DNA of 64,000 nucleotides from NCBI RefSeq assembly GCF_003018255.1, contig NZ_CP027440.1; one strand, 5' to 3'. The notes below the pieces were generated by a model, which saw only the letters and a list, made by a program, of their open reading frames with translations, did no database searches and had not been told where the DNA came from. Positions 40,609 to 55,006 of the stretch are shown here, one piece after another. The stretch is from Escherichia coli (lineage in GTDB: Bacteria; Pseudomonadota; Gammaproteobacteria; Enterobacterales; Enterobacteriaceae). The position numbers were made by a program, and so were the translations under genes. Each line of letters starts with the position of its first letter. Positions within the stretch are counted from its first letter, which is position 1.

Positions 40609-41319
40609 TTAATCTCCTGTACGGATAAGTTCTTGTCGGAGTGAATAAGTTCCGGTAGGTAAATTACGTTCTACAACCACGCGCGGGCCAAGTTGCGTGT
40701 TCGGGGAAATAATTCGCCCAGGCAAAATAATAACTTGTACGCCAAGGCGTGAACGCTGCCCGATATAACAACCTAATTTATCGCATCCGGTAGCGATAAT
40801 TCCCTCTGGAGTTCGAACAGACACGGGCTGTTCATCCAGACGATGATTACTGGTTCGTACTTGTGCGCCCAAATATGCCTGGTTTGCAACTACCGAGTCG
40901 GCAATAAAGCATTGCGGACCAATCGTTGCTTCCGCTTCAATAACCGCATTTTTAATTTCGGTGGCAAAACCAATTTTTACGCCATTGCTGATTATTGTGC
41001 CAGGACGAATAAACGCATAATTACCTATCAGGCAGTTTGCGCCAATCACTACCGGACCCTGAATAACGGCACCGTGGCAAATACGGGTATTCGCGCCGAT
41101 AACAACCTCACCGGCACTTTCATCAATAATCACCTGGTCTGCAATCTGAATATTTTTCTCTTTAACATTAAGCTTCAGATAGTTTTTCAGTTCCTGTGAC
41201 AGAAGGGTGGGAATAAGCGGTTGACGCTTCCACCAGTGCGGAATAGCGGGTGGGTTTGTCGCGCTGAGGTTCGCGTCCAGTAAAAAAGGCAATAAGTCCA
41301 TAAATAATCCAGATGGCAT
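40609..41319 (-). CDS. yaiX: hexapeptide-repeat (left-handed beta-helix) acyl/acetyltransferase
   Basis: Intact 236-aa track ORF with repeated hexapeptide motifs; real start uncertain because the first ~50 codons overlap the yaiP 3' end. Confidence 0.7.
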   Translation of the reverse strand: MPSGLFMDLLPFLLDANLSATNPPAIPHWWKRQPLIPTLLSQELKNYLKLNVKEKNIQIADQVIIDESAGEVVIGANTRICHGAVIQGPVVIGANCLIGNYAFIRPGTIISNGVKIGFATEIKNAVIEAEATIGPQCFIADSVVANQAYLGAQVRTSNHRLDEQPVSVRTPEGIIATGCDKLGCYIGQRSRLGVQVIILPGRIISPNTQLGPRVVVERNLPTGTYSLRQELIRTGD

Positions 41320-42364
41320 AAGCTAATAATACATACACAACGGAAAGCGGTGCTAAAGGCACCAACAACCAGCAACGATGAAACCAGGCGCTAAATGCAC
41401 CAATAACACAAACTACGCCGACCCAGATAAGCGGGAACATTGCCAACACCACACCATGTGGCCCGGTGGTGATGAATTCATTAAACCAGGTAGTGAGATA
41501 AATCCCAACGCCATAAAGCACAACCAACAGCATAGGAAATATACTGAAGATACCGAAGCGGCTAAATAAAAGTCTTTTATGCAGGCGCATACAGACCGCG
41601 TAGCCCACAATCCAACGCCGCCAGCGACGCCATTCCTCACGCGGGCTGTTGCATTCCTGTGGGTATACGATGCAGCGATTCGCCTGCCGAATACGATAGC
41701 CGTTTGCCACCAATGTCCAGGTGAGATCAAGGTCTTCGACTTTAGTACGATCAGAGAAACCGAACTTACGCAATACATCAGTACGGAACATCCCGCAGGC
41801 ACCGCTGATAATAAACGGTGCGCCGCCCAGGAGCTGCTGTAGCGTGCGCTTCATAACAATCATCGGCAACTTTACGGTCGCGCGGATGTGCGGTAACAGA
41901 CCCGCGCCTTTCAACGCAGTAGAGGGAATGCCGCCTACGGCATCAGCACCGCGCTCTATTTCTGCCAGCATATAGCCCATTCCGTCTTGATCGGGCGGAA
42001 CATAGGTGTCGGCATCATTTAAAAAAACCTGATCGCAGGTGGCGTAATTGAGGCCATTCATTAGCGCACCACCTTTACCGGTATTTTTTTGCGTGACGGC
42101 AATAAAGCGGTCGCCCCATTTGCGTTTGACTTCCGCCATGACCGCTTCGGTATTGTCCGTGGAGCCGTCGTTAACGCAAATTACCCGGCAGAAATAAGGG
42201 TTACGCAGCAGATTATCCAGTGACTGCGCCAGACACGGGCCTTCGTTATAAGCAGGTATAATGGCGTCAATACAGCCTTTCTTTTGGCTGGGCTTACGCC
42301 TTAACGTACTCAGAAACCATAGCAATATTGCTACGGCCATACATATAAAGATCCAGGTTTTCAT
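41168..42364 (-). CDS. yaiP: family-2 glycosyltransferase, membrane-embedded (putative processive synthase)
   Basis: 398 aa; N-terminal TM helix, GT2 catalytic core (DGSTDNT, DAD, EWRRWRRW resembling QxxRW) and C-terminal TM helices. Confidence 0.85.
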   Translation of the reverse strand: MKTWIFICMAVAILLWFLSTLRRKPSQKKGCIDAIIPAYNEGPCLAQSLDNLLRNPYFCRVICVNDGSTDNTEAVMAEVKRKWGDRFIAVTQKNTGKGGALMNGLNYATCDQVFLNDADTYVPPDQDGMGYMLAEIERGADAVGGIPSTALKGAGLLPHIRATVKLPMIVMKRTLQQLLGGAPFIISGACGMFRTDVLRKFGFSDRTKVEDLDLTWTLVANGYRIRQANRCIVYPQECNSPREEWRRWRRWIVGYAVCMRLHKRLLFSRFGIFSIFPMLLVVLYGVGIYLTTWFNEFITTGPHGVVLAMFPLIWVGVVCVIGAFSAWFHRCWLLVPLAPLSVVYVLLAYAIWIIYGLIAFFTGREPQRDKPTRYSALVEASTAYSHPSVTGTEKLSEA

Positions 42365-42373
42365 GCAATTTGC

Positions 42374-43060
42374 TCAAAGAATCATTTTATGAATAACAAA
42401 ACCTTCACCCAGATCGCTATTGACCTGTTGCCCGCGAAATTGAGCAACTGCACGCAGACGCTCCGGGCGCATATAATCTCGCTGGCTCTGACTTTTATGT
42501 TTTTTTAACGCAGTCAGTTTAAGAGAAAAATATTCTTCTTTCACGGATTCAAAAACCTGAGGCATAAATGAAAGCCAGGTACTTGGTGTTTCATAGCCGA
42601 GAATTTGCGGAATAGCGCGACAGGCAACCATTGAGGCTTGATAGACTGCAAGATGATCCTGATGGCGGTCAGCATCATGCATGGTATATACACGTATAAT
42701 TTCAATATCAGAGGGAATTTGATTTTTTATGATATTTTCCAGGGCAGAAATCATATCATTGAGCTGTAAATGAGCGCGGGTGTCAGCAAAATTAAGATGA
42801 ATAGTTTGGTGGCACCCTAATATCTTTAGAGCGTTGCGTGATTCTTCGTGGCGATCGATTATTCCATCTACGCCAGAATTACCGGTAGTCATCACCACGG
42901 TAGCAATATAAATTCCTTTTTGCGCAAGGCGAGCTAGCGATGCGCCACAGCCTAATTCTATATCGTCAGGATGCGCGCCAATGGCAAGGATACCCTTTCT
43001 TTTATTTGCCGAAGAAAGGATCGCTGAATCTAAAACCTTATCCACTTTATGACACTCCAT
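42374..43060 (-). CDS. yaiS: LmbE/PIG-L-family N-acetylglucosaminyl deacetylase
   Basis: 228 aa; AHPDDIE and HxDH motifs; 9-bp gap to yaiP. Confidence 0.85.
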   Translation of the reverse strand: MECHKVDKVLDSAILSSANKRKGILAIGAHPDDIELGCGASLARLAQKGIYIATVVMTTGNSGVDGIIDRHEESRNALKILGCHQTIHLNFADTRAHLQLNDMISALENIIKNQIPSDIEIIRVYTMHDADRHQDHLAVYQASMVACRAIPQILGYETPSTWLSFMPQVFESVKEEYFSLKLTALKKHKSQSQRDYMRPERLRAVAQFRGQQVNSDLGEGFVIHKMIL

Positions 43061-43651
43061 TTTATTTATTATACTACAAGCACAACGACGCCCGCAGAGA
43101 CGTAACCTCTGACGCAGACAGATGCTAATTTTTAAGTGTTAAAAATAGCTGATAGCTGAAAAACAAGGGGCTGCCAGGTACGGGGATAAGACTGTATAAT
43201 CTTTATGTAGTTCATATGTTAAGTGTTTGTGTGTTTGGTTTGTATGGTTATTTTGTTTTATATATTGTATTTAAATGTGATTTAGTTTGTCAATTAATTG
43301 CATATTAAAAATATGTTCTATGCACAAATATGGGTTATATACATTATGTGAATGTATTATGTGGTTGATTGAGAATGATACAGTTATATATGCAATGTGA
43401 ATATAATGGTTTCATTATATGTATTGCTGTTAATAAAATAAAAGACATTATAATCTGCTTGTTTATGCATTAATAAAATGAAGTGCAGTAACTTACTGAA
43501 TTGTCAGAGTGGGTGTAATTGCATATTTAATCTTTCCTTTGCCACTTTTTCGCTAAGAATAAAATCATCTGTGCGATAACAACTAATTCTTTTAATGAAT
43601 GTTTTTATTCCTGAATACTGCTCCCATAACAAGACAGGGGAGCAGACAATC

Positions 43652-44614
43652 ATGGCAATTTCATCGCGTAACACACTTCTTGCCGCACTGGCATTCATCG
43701 CTTTTCAGGCACAGGCGGTGAACGTCACTGTGGCGTATCAAACTTCAGCCGAACCGGCGAAAGTGGCTCAGGCCGACAACACCTTTGCTAAAGAGAGCGG
43801 GGCGAGCGTTGACTGGCGTAAGTTTGACAGCGGAGCCAGCATCGTGCGGGCGCTGGCTTCTGGCGACGTGCAAATCGGTAACCTCGGTTCCAGCCCATTA
43901 GCGGTGGCAGCCAGCCAACAGGTGCCGATTGAAGTCTTCTTACTGGCGTCAAAACTGGGTAACTCCGAAGCGCTGGTGGTGAAGAAAACTATCAGCAAAC
44001 CGGAAGATCTGATTGGCAAGCGCATCGCCGTACCGTTTATCTCCACCACCCACTACAGCCTGCTGGCGGCGCTGAAACACTGGGGTATTAAACCTGGGCA
44101 AGTGGAGATTGTGAACCTGCAGCCGCCCGCAATTATCGCCGCCTGGCAGCGGGGAGATATTGATGGTGCTTATGTCTGGGCACCGGCGGTTAACGCGCTG
44201 GAAAAAGACGGCAAGGTGCTGACCGATTCTGAACAGGTCGGGCAGTGGGGCGCGCCGACGCTGGACGTCTGGGTCGTGCGGAAAGATTTTGCCGAGAAAC
44301 ATCCTGAGGTCGTGAAAGCGTTCGCTAAAAGCGCCATCGATGCTCAGCAACCGTACATTGCTAACCCAGACGCGTGGCTGAAACAGCCGGAAAACATCAG
44401 CAAACTGGCGCGGTTAAGCGGCGTGCCTGAAGGTGACGTTCCGGGGCTGGTGAAGGGGAATACCTATCTGACGCCGCAGCAGCAAACGGCAGAACTGACC
44501 GGACCGGTGAACAAAGCGATCATCGACACCGCGCAGTTTTTGAAAGAGCAGGGCAAAGTCCCCGCCGTGGCGAATGATTACAGCCAGTACGTTACCTCGC
44601 GCTTCGTGCAATAA
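43652..44614 (+). CDS. tauA: taurine ABC transporter periplasmic binding protein
   Basis: 320 aa from ATG 43652 (MAISSRNTLLAALAF, signal peptide); track ORF starts 19 codons upstream. Confidence 0.92.
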   Translation: MAISSRNTLLAALAFIAFQAQAVNVTVAYQTSAEPAKVAQADNTFAKESGASVDWRKFDSGASIVRALASGDVQIGNLGSSPLAVAASQQVPIEVFLLASKLGNSEALVVKKTISKPEDLIGKRIAVPFISTTHYSLLAALKHWGIKPGQVEIVNLQPPAIIAAWQRGDIDGAYVWAPAVNALEKDGKVLTDSEQVGQWGAPTLDVWVVRKDFAEKHPEVVKAFAKSAIDAQQPYIANPDAWLKQPENISKLARLSGVPEGDVPGLVKGNTYLTPQQQTAELTGPVNKAIIDTAQFLKEQGKVPAVANDYSQYVTSRFVQ

Positions 44615-44626
44615 AAGGAGGCGCAG

Positions 44627-45394
44627 ATGCTGCAAATTTCTCATCTTTACGCCGATTATGGCGGCAAACCGGCACTGGAAGATATCAACCTGACGCTGGA
44701 AAGCGGCGAGCTTCTGGTAGTTCTGGGGCCGTCTGGCTGCGGCAAAACCACCTTGCTGAATCTGATTGCCGGTTTTGTGCCTTATCAGCATGGCAGCATT
44801 CAACTGGCGGGTAAGTGCATTGAGGGACCGGGAGCAGAGCGGGGCGTGGTTTTTCAGAATGAAGGGCTGTTGCCGTGGCGTAATGTGGTAGACAACGTGG
44901 CGTTCGGCCTGCAACTGGCAGGTGTAGAGAAAATGCAGCGACTGGAAATCGCACACCAGATGGTGAAAAAAGTGGGGCTGGAAGGCGCAGAAAAACGCTA
45001 CATCTGGCAGCTTTCCGGTGGTCAACGTCAGCGGGTGGGGATTGCCCGCGCGTTGGCGGCAAATCCCCAGCTGTTATTACTCGACGAACCGTTTGGTGCG
45101 CTGGACGCCTTCACCCGCGACCAGATGCAAACCCTGCTGCTGAAACTCTGGCAGGAGACGGGAAAGCAGGTGCTGTTGATTACCCACGATATAGAAGAAG
45201 CGGTGTTTATGGCGACTGAACTGGTTCTGCTTTCACCCGGCCCAGGCCGTGTGCTGGAGCGGCTGCCGCTCAACTTTGCTCGCCGCTTTGTTGCGGGAGA
45301 GTCGAGCCGCAGCATCAAGTCCGATCCACAATTCATCGCCATGCGCGAATATGTTTTAAGCCGCGTATTTGAGCAACGGGAGGCGTTCTCATGA
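44627..45394 (+). CDS. tauB: taurine ABC transporter ATP-binding protein
   Basis: 255 aa; Walker [10 protein letters not shown] and LSGGQRQR signature. Confidence 0.95.
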   Translation: MLQISHLYADYGGKPALEDINLTLESGELLVVLGPSGCGKTTLLNLIAGFVPYQHGSIQLAGKCIEGPGAERGVVFQNEGLLPWRNVVDNVAFGLQLAGVEKMQRLEIAHQMVKKVGLEGAEKRYIWQLSGGQRQRVGIARALAANPQLLLLDEPFGALDAFTRDQMQTLLLKLWQETGKQVLLITHDIEEAVFMATELVLLSPGPGRVLERLPLNFARRFVAGESSRSIKSDPQFIAMREYVLSRVFEQREAFS

Positions 45395-46218
45395 GTGTGC
45401 TCATTAATGAAAAACTGCATTCGCATCGGCTGAAATGGCGCTGGCCGCTCTCGCGTCAGGTGACCTTCAGCATTGGTACGTTAGCGGTTTTGCTCACTGT
45501 ATGGTGGGCAGTCGCGGCGCTGCAACTGATTAGCCCGCTGTTTTTACCGCCACCGCAACAGGTACTGGCAAAACTGCTCACCATTGCCGGGCCGCAGGGA
45601 TTTATGGACGCCACGCTGTGGCAGCATCTGGCAGCCAGCCTGACGCGCATTTTGCTGGCGCTACTCGCGGCGGTGTTGATCGGTATTCCGGTCGGGATCG
45701 CCATGGGGCTAAGCCCGACGGTGCGCGGCATTCTGGATCCGATAATCGAGCTTTATCGTCCGGTGCCGCCGCTGGCTTATTTGCCGCTGATGGTGATCTG
45801 GTTTGGTATTGGCGAAACCTCGAAGATCTTACTGATCTATTTAGCGATTTTTGCGCCGGTGGCGATGTCGGCGCTGGCGGGGGTGAAAAGCGCGCAGCAG
45901 GTTCGCATTCGTGCCGCCCAGTCGCTGGGTGCCAGCCGTGCGCAGGTGCTGTGGTTTGTCATTTTGCCCGGCGCGCTGCCGGAAATCCTCACCGGATTAC
46001 GCATTGGTCTGGGTGTGGGCTGGTCTACGCTGGTGGCGGCGGAGCTGATTGCCGCAACGCGCGGTTTAGGATTTATGGTTCAGTCAGCGGGTGAATTTCT
46101 CGCGACTGACGTGGTGCTGGCGGGGATCGCGGTGATTGCGATTATCGCCTTTCTTTTAGAACTGGGTCTGCGCGCGTTACAGCGCCGCCTGACGCCCTGG
46201 CATGGAGAAGTACAATGA
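45391..46218 (+). CDS. tauC: taurine ABC transporter permease
   Basis: 275 aa; overlaps tauB by 4 bp. Confidence 0.95.
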   Translation: MSVLINEKLHSHRLKWRWPLSRQVTFSIGTLAVLLTVWWAVAALQLISPLFLPPPQQVLAKLLTIAGPQGFMDATLWQHLAASLTRILLALLAAVLIGIPVGIAMGLSPTVRGILDPIIELYRPVPPLAYLPLMVIWFGIGETSKILLIYLAIFAPVAMSALAGVKSAQQVRIRAAQSLGASRAQVLWFVILPGALPEILTGLRIGLGVGWSTLVAAELIAATRGLGFMVQSAGEFLATDVVLAGIAVIAIIAFLLELGLRALQRRLTPWHGEVQ

Positions 46219-47066
46219 GTGAACGTCTGAGCATTACCCCGCTGGGGCCGTATATTGGCGCACAAATTACGGGGGCCGACTTAACGCGCCCGTTAAGCGA
46301 TAATCAGTTTGAACAGCTTTACCATGCGGTGCTGCGCCATCAGGTGGTGTTTCTGCGCGATCAAGCTATTACGCCGCAGCAGCAACGCGCGCTGGCCCAG
46401 CGTTTTGGCGAGCTGCATATTCACCCTGTTTACCCTCATGCTGAAGGGGTTGACGAGATCATCGTCCTGGATACCCATAACGATAATCCGCCGGATAACG
46501 ACAACTGGCACACCGATGTGACATTTATTCAAACGCCACCCGCAGGGGCGATTCTGGCGGCGAAAGAGTTACCCTCGACCGGCGGCGATACGCTCTGGGC
46601 CAGTGGTATTGCCGCATATGAGGCGCTCTCTGTTCCCTTCCGCCAGCTGTTGAGCGGGTTGCGTGCGGAGCATGATTTCCGTAAATCGTTCCCGGAATAC
46701 AAGTACCGCAAAACCGAGGCTGAGCATCAACGCTGGCGTGAGGCGGTCGCGAAAAATCCACCGTTGCTACATCCGGTGGTGCGAACGCATCCGGTGACCG
46801 GTAAACAGGCGCTGTTTGTGAATGAAGGCTTTACCACGCGAATTGTTGATGTCAGCGAGAAAGAGAGCGAAGCCTTGCTGGGCTTTTTATTTGCCCACAT
46901 CACCAAACCGGAGTTTCAGGTGCGCTGGTGCTGGCAACCAAATGATATTGCGATTTGGGATAACCGCGTAACCCAGCACTATGCCAATGCGGATTACCTG
47001 CCACAGCGGCGGATAATGCATCGGGCGACGATTCTTGGGGATAAACCGTTTTATCGGGCGGGGTAA
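46215..47066 (+). CDS. tauD: taurine dioxygenase (Fe/alpha-ketoglutarate dependent)
   Basis: 283 aa; overlaps tauC by 4 bp. Confidence 0.95.
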   Translation: MSERLSITPLGPYIGAQITGADLTRPLSDNQFEQLYHAVLRHQVVFLRDQAITPQQQRALAQRFGELHIHPVYPHAEGVDEIIVLDTHNDNPPDNDNWHTDVTFIQTPPAGAILAAKELPSTGGDTLWASGIAAYEALSVPFRQLLSGLRAEHDFRKSFPEYKYRKTEAEHQRWREAVAKNPPLLHPVVRTHPVTGKQALFVNEGFTTRIVDVSEKESEALLGFLFAHITKPEFQVRWCWQPNDIAIWDNRVTQHYANADYLPQRRIMHRATILGDKPFYRAG

Positions 47067-47073
47067 GGGGGAA

Positions 47074-47097
47074 ATGCCGGGTTGGATAACCCGGCAT
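47074..47097. terminator. bidirectional stem-loop between convergent tauD and hemB (atgccgggtt-ggat-aacccggcat)
   Basis: 10-bp perfect inverted repeat with 4-nt loop seen in sequence. Confidence 0.5.
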
Positions 47098-47105
47098 AAT
47101 GATCA

Positions 47106-48080
47106 TTAACGCAGAATCTTCTTCTCAGCCAAATCCAGCGCAAAGTAGCTGAAAATCAGATCCGCACCCGCACGCTTAATCGAACCTAAGCTTTCGAGCA
47201 CGACTTTCTCTTCATCTATAGCACCCGCCAGCGCGGCGAACTTAATCATCGCGTACTCACCGCTCACCTGATACGCGCCAATCGGCAATTCAGTACGTTC
47301 ACGCAGCTCACGCACGATGTCGAGGTATGCTCCGGCAGGTTTAACCATCAGGCAGTCTGCGCCCTGGGCTTCATCCAGCAGTGACTCACGAATCGCCTCA
47401 CGACGGTTCATTGGGTTCATCTGATAGCTTTTGCGGTCGCCTTTTAATGCGCTTCCGGCAGCTTCACGGAACGGGCCATAAAAGGAGGAGGCGAACTTGG
47501 TCGAATACGACATAATCGCCGTATCTTTAAAGCCCGCAGCGTCCAGCGCCTGGCGAATCGCCTGTACCTGACCATCCATCGCAGCGGAAGGGGCGATGAA
47601 ATCTGCGCCTGCAGCAGCTGCAACCACGGCTTGCTTGCCTAAATTTTCCAGAGTCGCGTCGTTGTCGACGCCATGCTCGCACAGCACACCGCAGTGACCG
47701 TGAGAAGTGTATTCACAGAAACAAGTGTCTGACATGACGATCATTTCTGGCACAGTCTGCTTGCAGATGCGCGACATACGCGCCACCAGTCCATCTTCCC
47801 GCCAGGCGTCGCTGCCGGTTTCATCGGTATGGTGAGAGATGCCGAAAGTCATCACGGAACGAATACCGGCGTTGGCGATGCGTTCAATTTCGCGTGCCAG
47901 ATGTTTCTCTGGAATGCGCATCACGCCTGGCATGGCTTCAACGGCTTTGTAGTCGTCAATTTCTTCTTCAACAAAGATCGGCAACACCAGGTCGTTAAGG
48001 CTAAGTGTTGTCTCTTCAAACATAGCGCGCAGCGCAGGAGATTTGCGCAGGCGACGAGGGCGTTGGATTAAATCTGTCAT
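47106..48080 (-). CDS. hemB: porphobilinogen synthase (delta-aminolevulinate dehydratase)
   Basis: 324 aa from ATG at 48078-48080 ([15 protein letters not shown]); track ORF starts 11 codons upstream. Confidence 0.95.
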
Positions 48081-48606
48081 GGTCTGCCTGATGTTTGTGG
48101 AATCGAGGAGCATAGTATACCTGAAGCAGGCTGGGTGTGTTTTACGAAAGTTGTCGCGATGTTGACAAAAAGAGAATGAAAAAGAGGTCAGGACATCTTT
48201 GTAATAGAAATAGCAATAATTTCATATTCACTGAAAATATTTTTTAATTTTTATTTATAGCCATAGATTATTGTTTTTGGGGATTTGGTGACGTTTTCAA
48301 AAAGTGAATAACTTAAAGTTCATTGCTTATTGATACATTATTTGTCTGTTTTGGTTGTTTTATATTTTCATGGTCTATGTTTTAAAATTAACGCTTTCGT
48401 TAACGTATTGAAATATTGTGTTTTTGTTATTTCTTTCTTTGTGTGTGTTCACGTGCTTTATATATGTCCGCAATCGGACTTAGGGGAAAGAATAATTGAA
48501 CCATTCCTCTATAACGCCGCATAATCGTAAACGCGAAACATAATATGTTTTCTATGCATTGATAATTGATGGATCAACTTATTACGTCCCTGAGGAGGGA
48601 TGACAA

Positions 48607-51576
<2,970 letters not shown>

Positions 51577-51577
51577 A

Positions 51578-51636
<59 letters not shown>

Positions 51637-51637
51637 A

Positions 51638-52264
<627 letters not shown>

Positions 52265-53422
52265 TCAGGATGCGGGGATAACCAACGGTTTATTCCCGCT
52301 TAGCTCGGTCACCAGGTCATTGATGCCATCGCTCATATTTTTGAAGCGCGTCAATGGCGAACGAGTGACCACCACAAATGCGCCAATGTTCTTCTGCGGG
52401 ATCATCGCCATATAGGTAATGAAACCGCCACCACCACCTGTCTTCTGAATAATCCCTGGACGACCCTCTTTCGGGGCCATATATACCCAGCCTAAACCAA
52501 GCGCATCCGCTTTGCCGGGGACATCCATGCCAATCACTTTTGTAAACTGCGCGCGCTGATAAATCAACGTCTGCATGCGATCAGCCTGGTTACTGCGCTG
52601 ATAAAAATCAGATGACAAATACTGCTGCATCCAGCGCATCATATCGCCTGGCGTGGAATAGACGCCGCCGCTGCCAATTGCCGCCAGCGTGTTATTGCAC
52701 GGACTGGCACCGCGCTCAGCAACCATTAAACGGCGGCACTGATCCGGTGAGGGGGTGTAGGTGGTGTCTTTCATCCCCAACGGACGGGTAATCTGCTCTT
52801 CAAACAGCTGGGTATAAGGCTTGCCGGACGCATTCGCCAGTGCATCTGCCAGCAGATCGAATGCGAGGTTGGAGTACGCCGCCTGACTGCCTGGCGCGGC
52901 TTTCAGCTTCGCCGTAGAAAGGTATTTCCAGCGTTGCTCGCGCGTTGGCCAGACAAATACCGGACGATGTGCCGCGCCACCGGGCTGTTCACGGGGCAGG
53001 GCGCTGGTATGGGTTGCCAGATTCACCAGCGTAATGGGCGTCCCATTGTAGGTCGGTACACGTGCGCCTGGTGGAGCATATTTACTTAGCGGATCGTTTA
53101 ACTTCACGGTCCCCTGGTCGAGCAATTTCACCAGCATCTCACTGGTCATTAACTTGGTGAGGGAAGCAATACGTATGACGGAATCCAGCTGCGGGCGAAC
53201 GTTATTACCAGGTCGCGTTTCGCCATAACTGCGAAAGACGCGCTGGTTACCGTCGATAACAACCAGCGCCATCCCCGTGGCACCGCTGCCGTAAAAAATA
53301 TGATCGGCATAACGATCGACAATATCAGAGGCAAACTCCGGTTCAGTGATCGGCTGCGCCGCATGGACGGAGGTCAATGACGCCGCACACAGCACGGCAG
53401 AAAAAAGCAGACTACGTTTCAA
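52265..53422 (-). CDS. ampH: penicillin-binding protein AmpH (class C beta-lactamase fold)
   Basis: 385 aa; signal peptide and SLTK active-site motif. Confidence 0.95.
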   Translation of the reverse strand: MKRSLLFSAVLCAASLTSVHAAQPITEPEFASDIVDRYADHIFYGSGATGMALVVIDGNQRVFRSYGETRPGNNVRPQLDSVIRIASLTKLMTSEMLVKLLDQGTVKLNDPLSKYAPPGARVPTYNGTPITLVNLATHTSALPREQPGGAAHRPVFVWPTREQRWKYLSTAKLKAAPGSQAAYSNLAFDLLADALANASGKPYTQLFEEQITRPLGMKDTTYTPSPDQCRRLMVAERGASPCNNTLAAIGSGGVYSTPGDMMRWMQQYLSSDFYQRSNQADRMQTLIYQRAQFTKVIGMDVPGKADALGLGWVYMAPKEGRPGIIQKTGGGGGFITYMAMIPQKNIGAFVVVTRSPLTRFKNMSDGINDLVTELSGNKPLVIPAS

Positions 53423-53773
53423 CGGTGGTGTCCATAGATTGAATGAAGGTAACTGAGCGTATTTATACTACTCATTGATGGATTGCAAAGGGCGAATTAG
53501 TGCAATAATAGTGTTAAAAACGTAACGGCGCGTAAACACGATCTTTTTCCTGCTCACCAATGCCTGCATTTGTGATCCTGCGCGTGTTAATCCGCTTACG
53601 TAAACAATCTTTGGTTTGTGAAATCCGTCGAAACAATTCTTATGCTCAGGCTGGCGAACTAAGCGCCTTGCTATGGGTCACAATGGGCGGTTTCATTTGG
53701 CTGACGCTTTGTAGCGGTCATGCGGTTAATACACAGCAGTTGTTAAAACGATAAGAAGTTAGCAGGAGTGCAT

Positions 53774-54994
53774 ATGTTTAAGTCTTTTTTCCCAAAGCCG
53801 GGACCGTTTTTTCTCTCGGCCTTTGTTTGGGCATTGATTGCCGTTATCTTCTGGCAAGCCGGTGGGGGGGATTGGGTGGCGCGTATCACCGGCGCTTCCG
53901 GGCAGATCCCGATTAGCGCCGCGCGTTTCTGGTCGTTGGATTTCCTGATTTTTTACGCTTACTACATTGTTTGCGTAGGAATTTTTGCATTGTTCTGGTT
54001 TATCTATAGCCCGCACCGTTGGCAATACTGGTCAATACTCGGTACTGCGCTGATTATCTTCGTCACCTGGTTTTTGGTGGAAGTCGGGGTTGCCGTCAAC
54101 GCCTGGTATGCGCCGTTCTATGATCTGATTCAAACGGCGCTAAGTTCGCCGCATAAAGTCACCATCGAACAATTTTACCGCGAAGTGGGCGTCTTTCTGG
54201 GGATTGCGCTGATCGCGGTGGTGATCAGTGTGCTGAACAACTTCTTTGTCAGTCACTACGTGTTCCGCTGGCGTACGGCGATGAACGAATATTACATGGC
54301 GAACTGGCAACAACTGCGTCATATCGAAGGGGCCGCGCAGCGTGTGCAGGAAGACACCATGCGTTTTGCTTCAACGCTGGAGAATATGGGCGTCAGCTTT
54401 ATCAACGCTATCATGACGTTGATCGCCTTCCTGCCGGTGCTGGTAACGCTCTCCGCACATGTGCCGGAGCTGCCGATTGTCGGGCACATTCCGTATGGTC
54501 TGGTGATTGCCGCTATCGTCTGGTCGCTGATGGGGACCGGATTACTGGCAGTGGTAGGGATCAAACTGCCGGGGCTGGAGTTTAAAAACCAGCGTGTAGA
54601 GGCTGCCTACCGTAAAGAGCTGGTTTATGGTGAAGACGATGCCACGCGCGCGACGCCGCCTACGGTACGCGAGCTGTTTAGCGCCGTACGGAAAAACTAT
54701 TTCCGCCTCTATTTTCACTATATGTATTTCAACATCGCCCGCATTCTCTATTTGCAGGTCGATAACGTTTTCGGTTTGTTCTTGCTGTTTCCGTCAATTG
54801 TTGCCGGTACGATTACGCTCGGCCTGATGACGCAGATTACTAACGTTTTTGGTCAGGTTCGCGGTGCTTTCCAGTACCTGATTAACTCATGGACCACACT
54901 GGTTGAGTTGATGTCTATCTACAAACGTCTGCGCAGCTTTGAACATGAGCTGGATGGTGACAAAATTCAGGAAGTAACCCATACCTTGAGCTAA
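53774..54994 (+). CDS. sbmA: peptide antibiotic/antimicrobial-peptide inner-membrane transporter
   Basis: 406 aa from ATG 53774 ([10 protein letters not shown]), AGGAG upstream. Confidence 0.95.
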   Translation: MFKSFFPKPGPFFLSAFVWALIAVIFWQAGGGDWVARITGASGQIPISAARFWSLDFLIFYAYYIVCVGIFALFWFIYSPHRWQYWSILGTALIIFVTWFLVEVGVAVNAWYAPFYDLIQTALSSPHKVTIEQFYREVGVFLGIALIAVVISVLNNFFVSHYVFRWRTAMNEYYMANWQQLRHIEGAAQRVQEDTMRFASTLENMGVSFINAIMTLIAFLPVLVTLSAHVPELPIVGHIPYGLVIAAIVWSLMGTGLLAVVGIKLPGLEFKNQRVEAAYRKELVYGEDDATRATPPTVRELFSAVRKNYFRLYFHYMYFNIARILYLQVDNVFGLFLLFPSIVAGTITLGLMTQITNVFGQVRGAFQYLINSWTTLVELMSIYKRLRSFEHELDGDKIQEVTHTLS

Positions 54995-55006
54995 AAAGGA
55001 GAAGTA

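Noticed and set aside
44414-45025. 203-aa minus-strand ORF antisense to tauB
   Set aside because: Shadow ORF within a confirmed ABC ATPase gene
53560-53754. 64-aa ORF in the ampH-sbmA intergenic region
   Set aside because: No convincing RBS; the region is more plausibly the sbmA promoter leader
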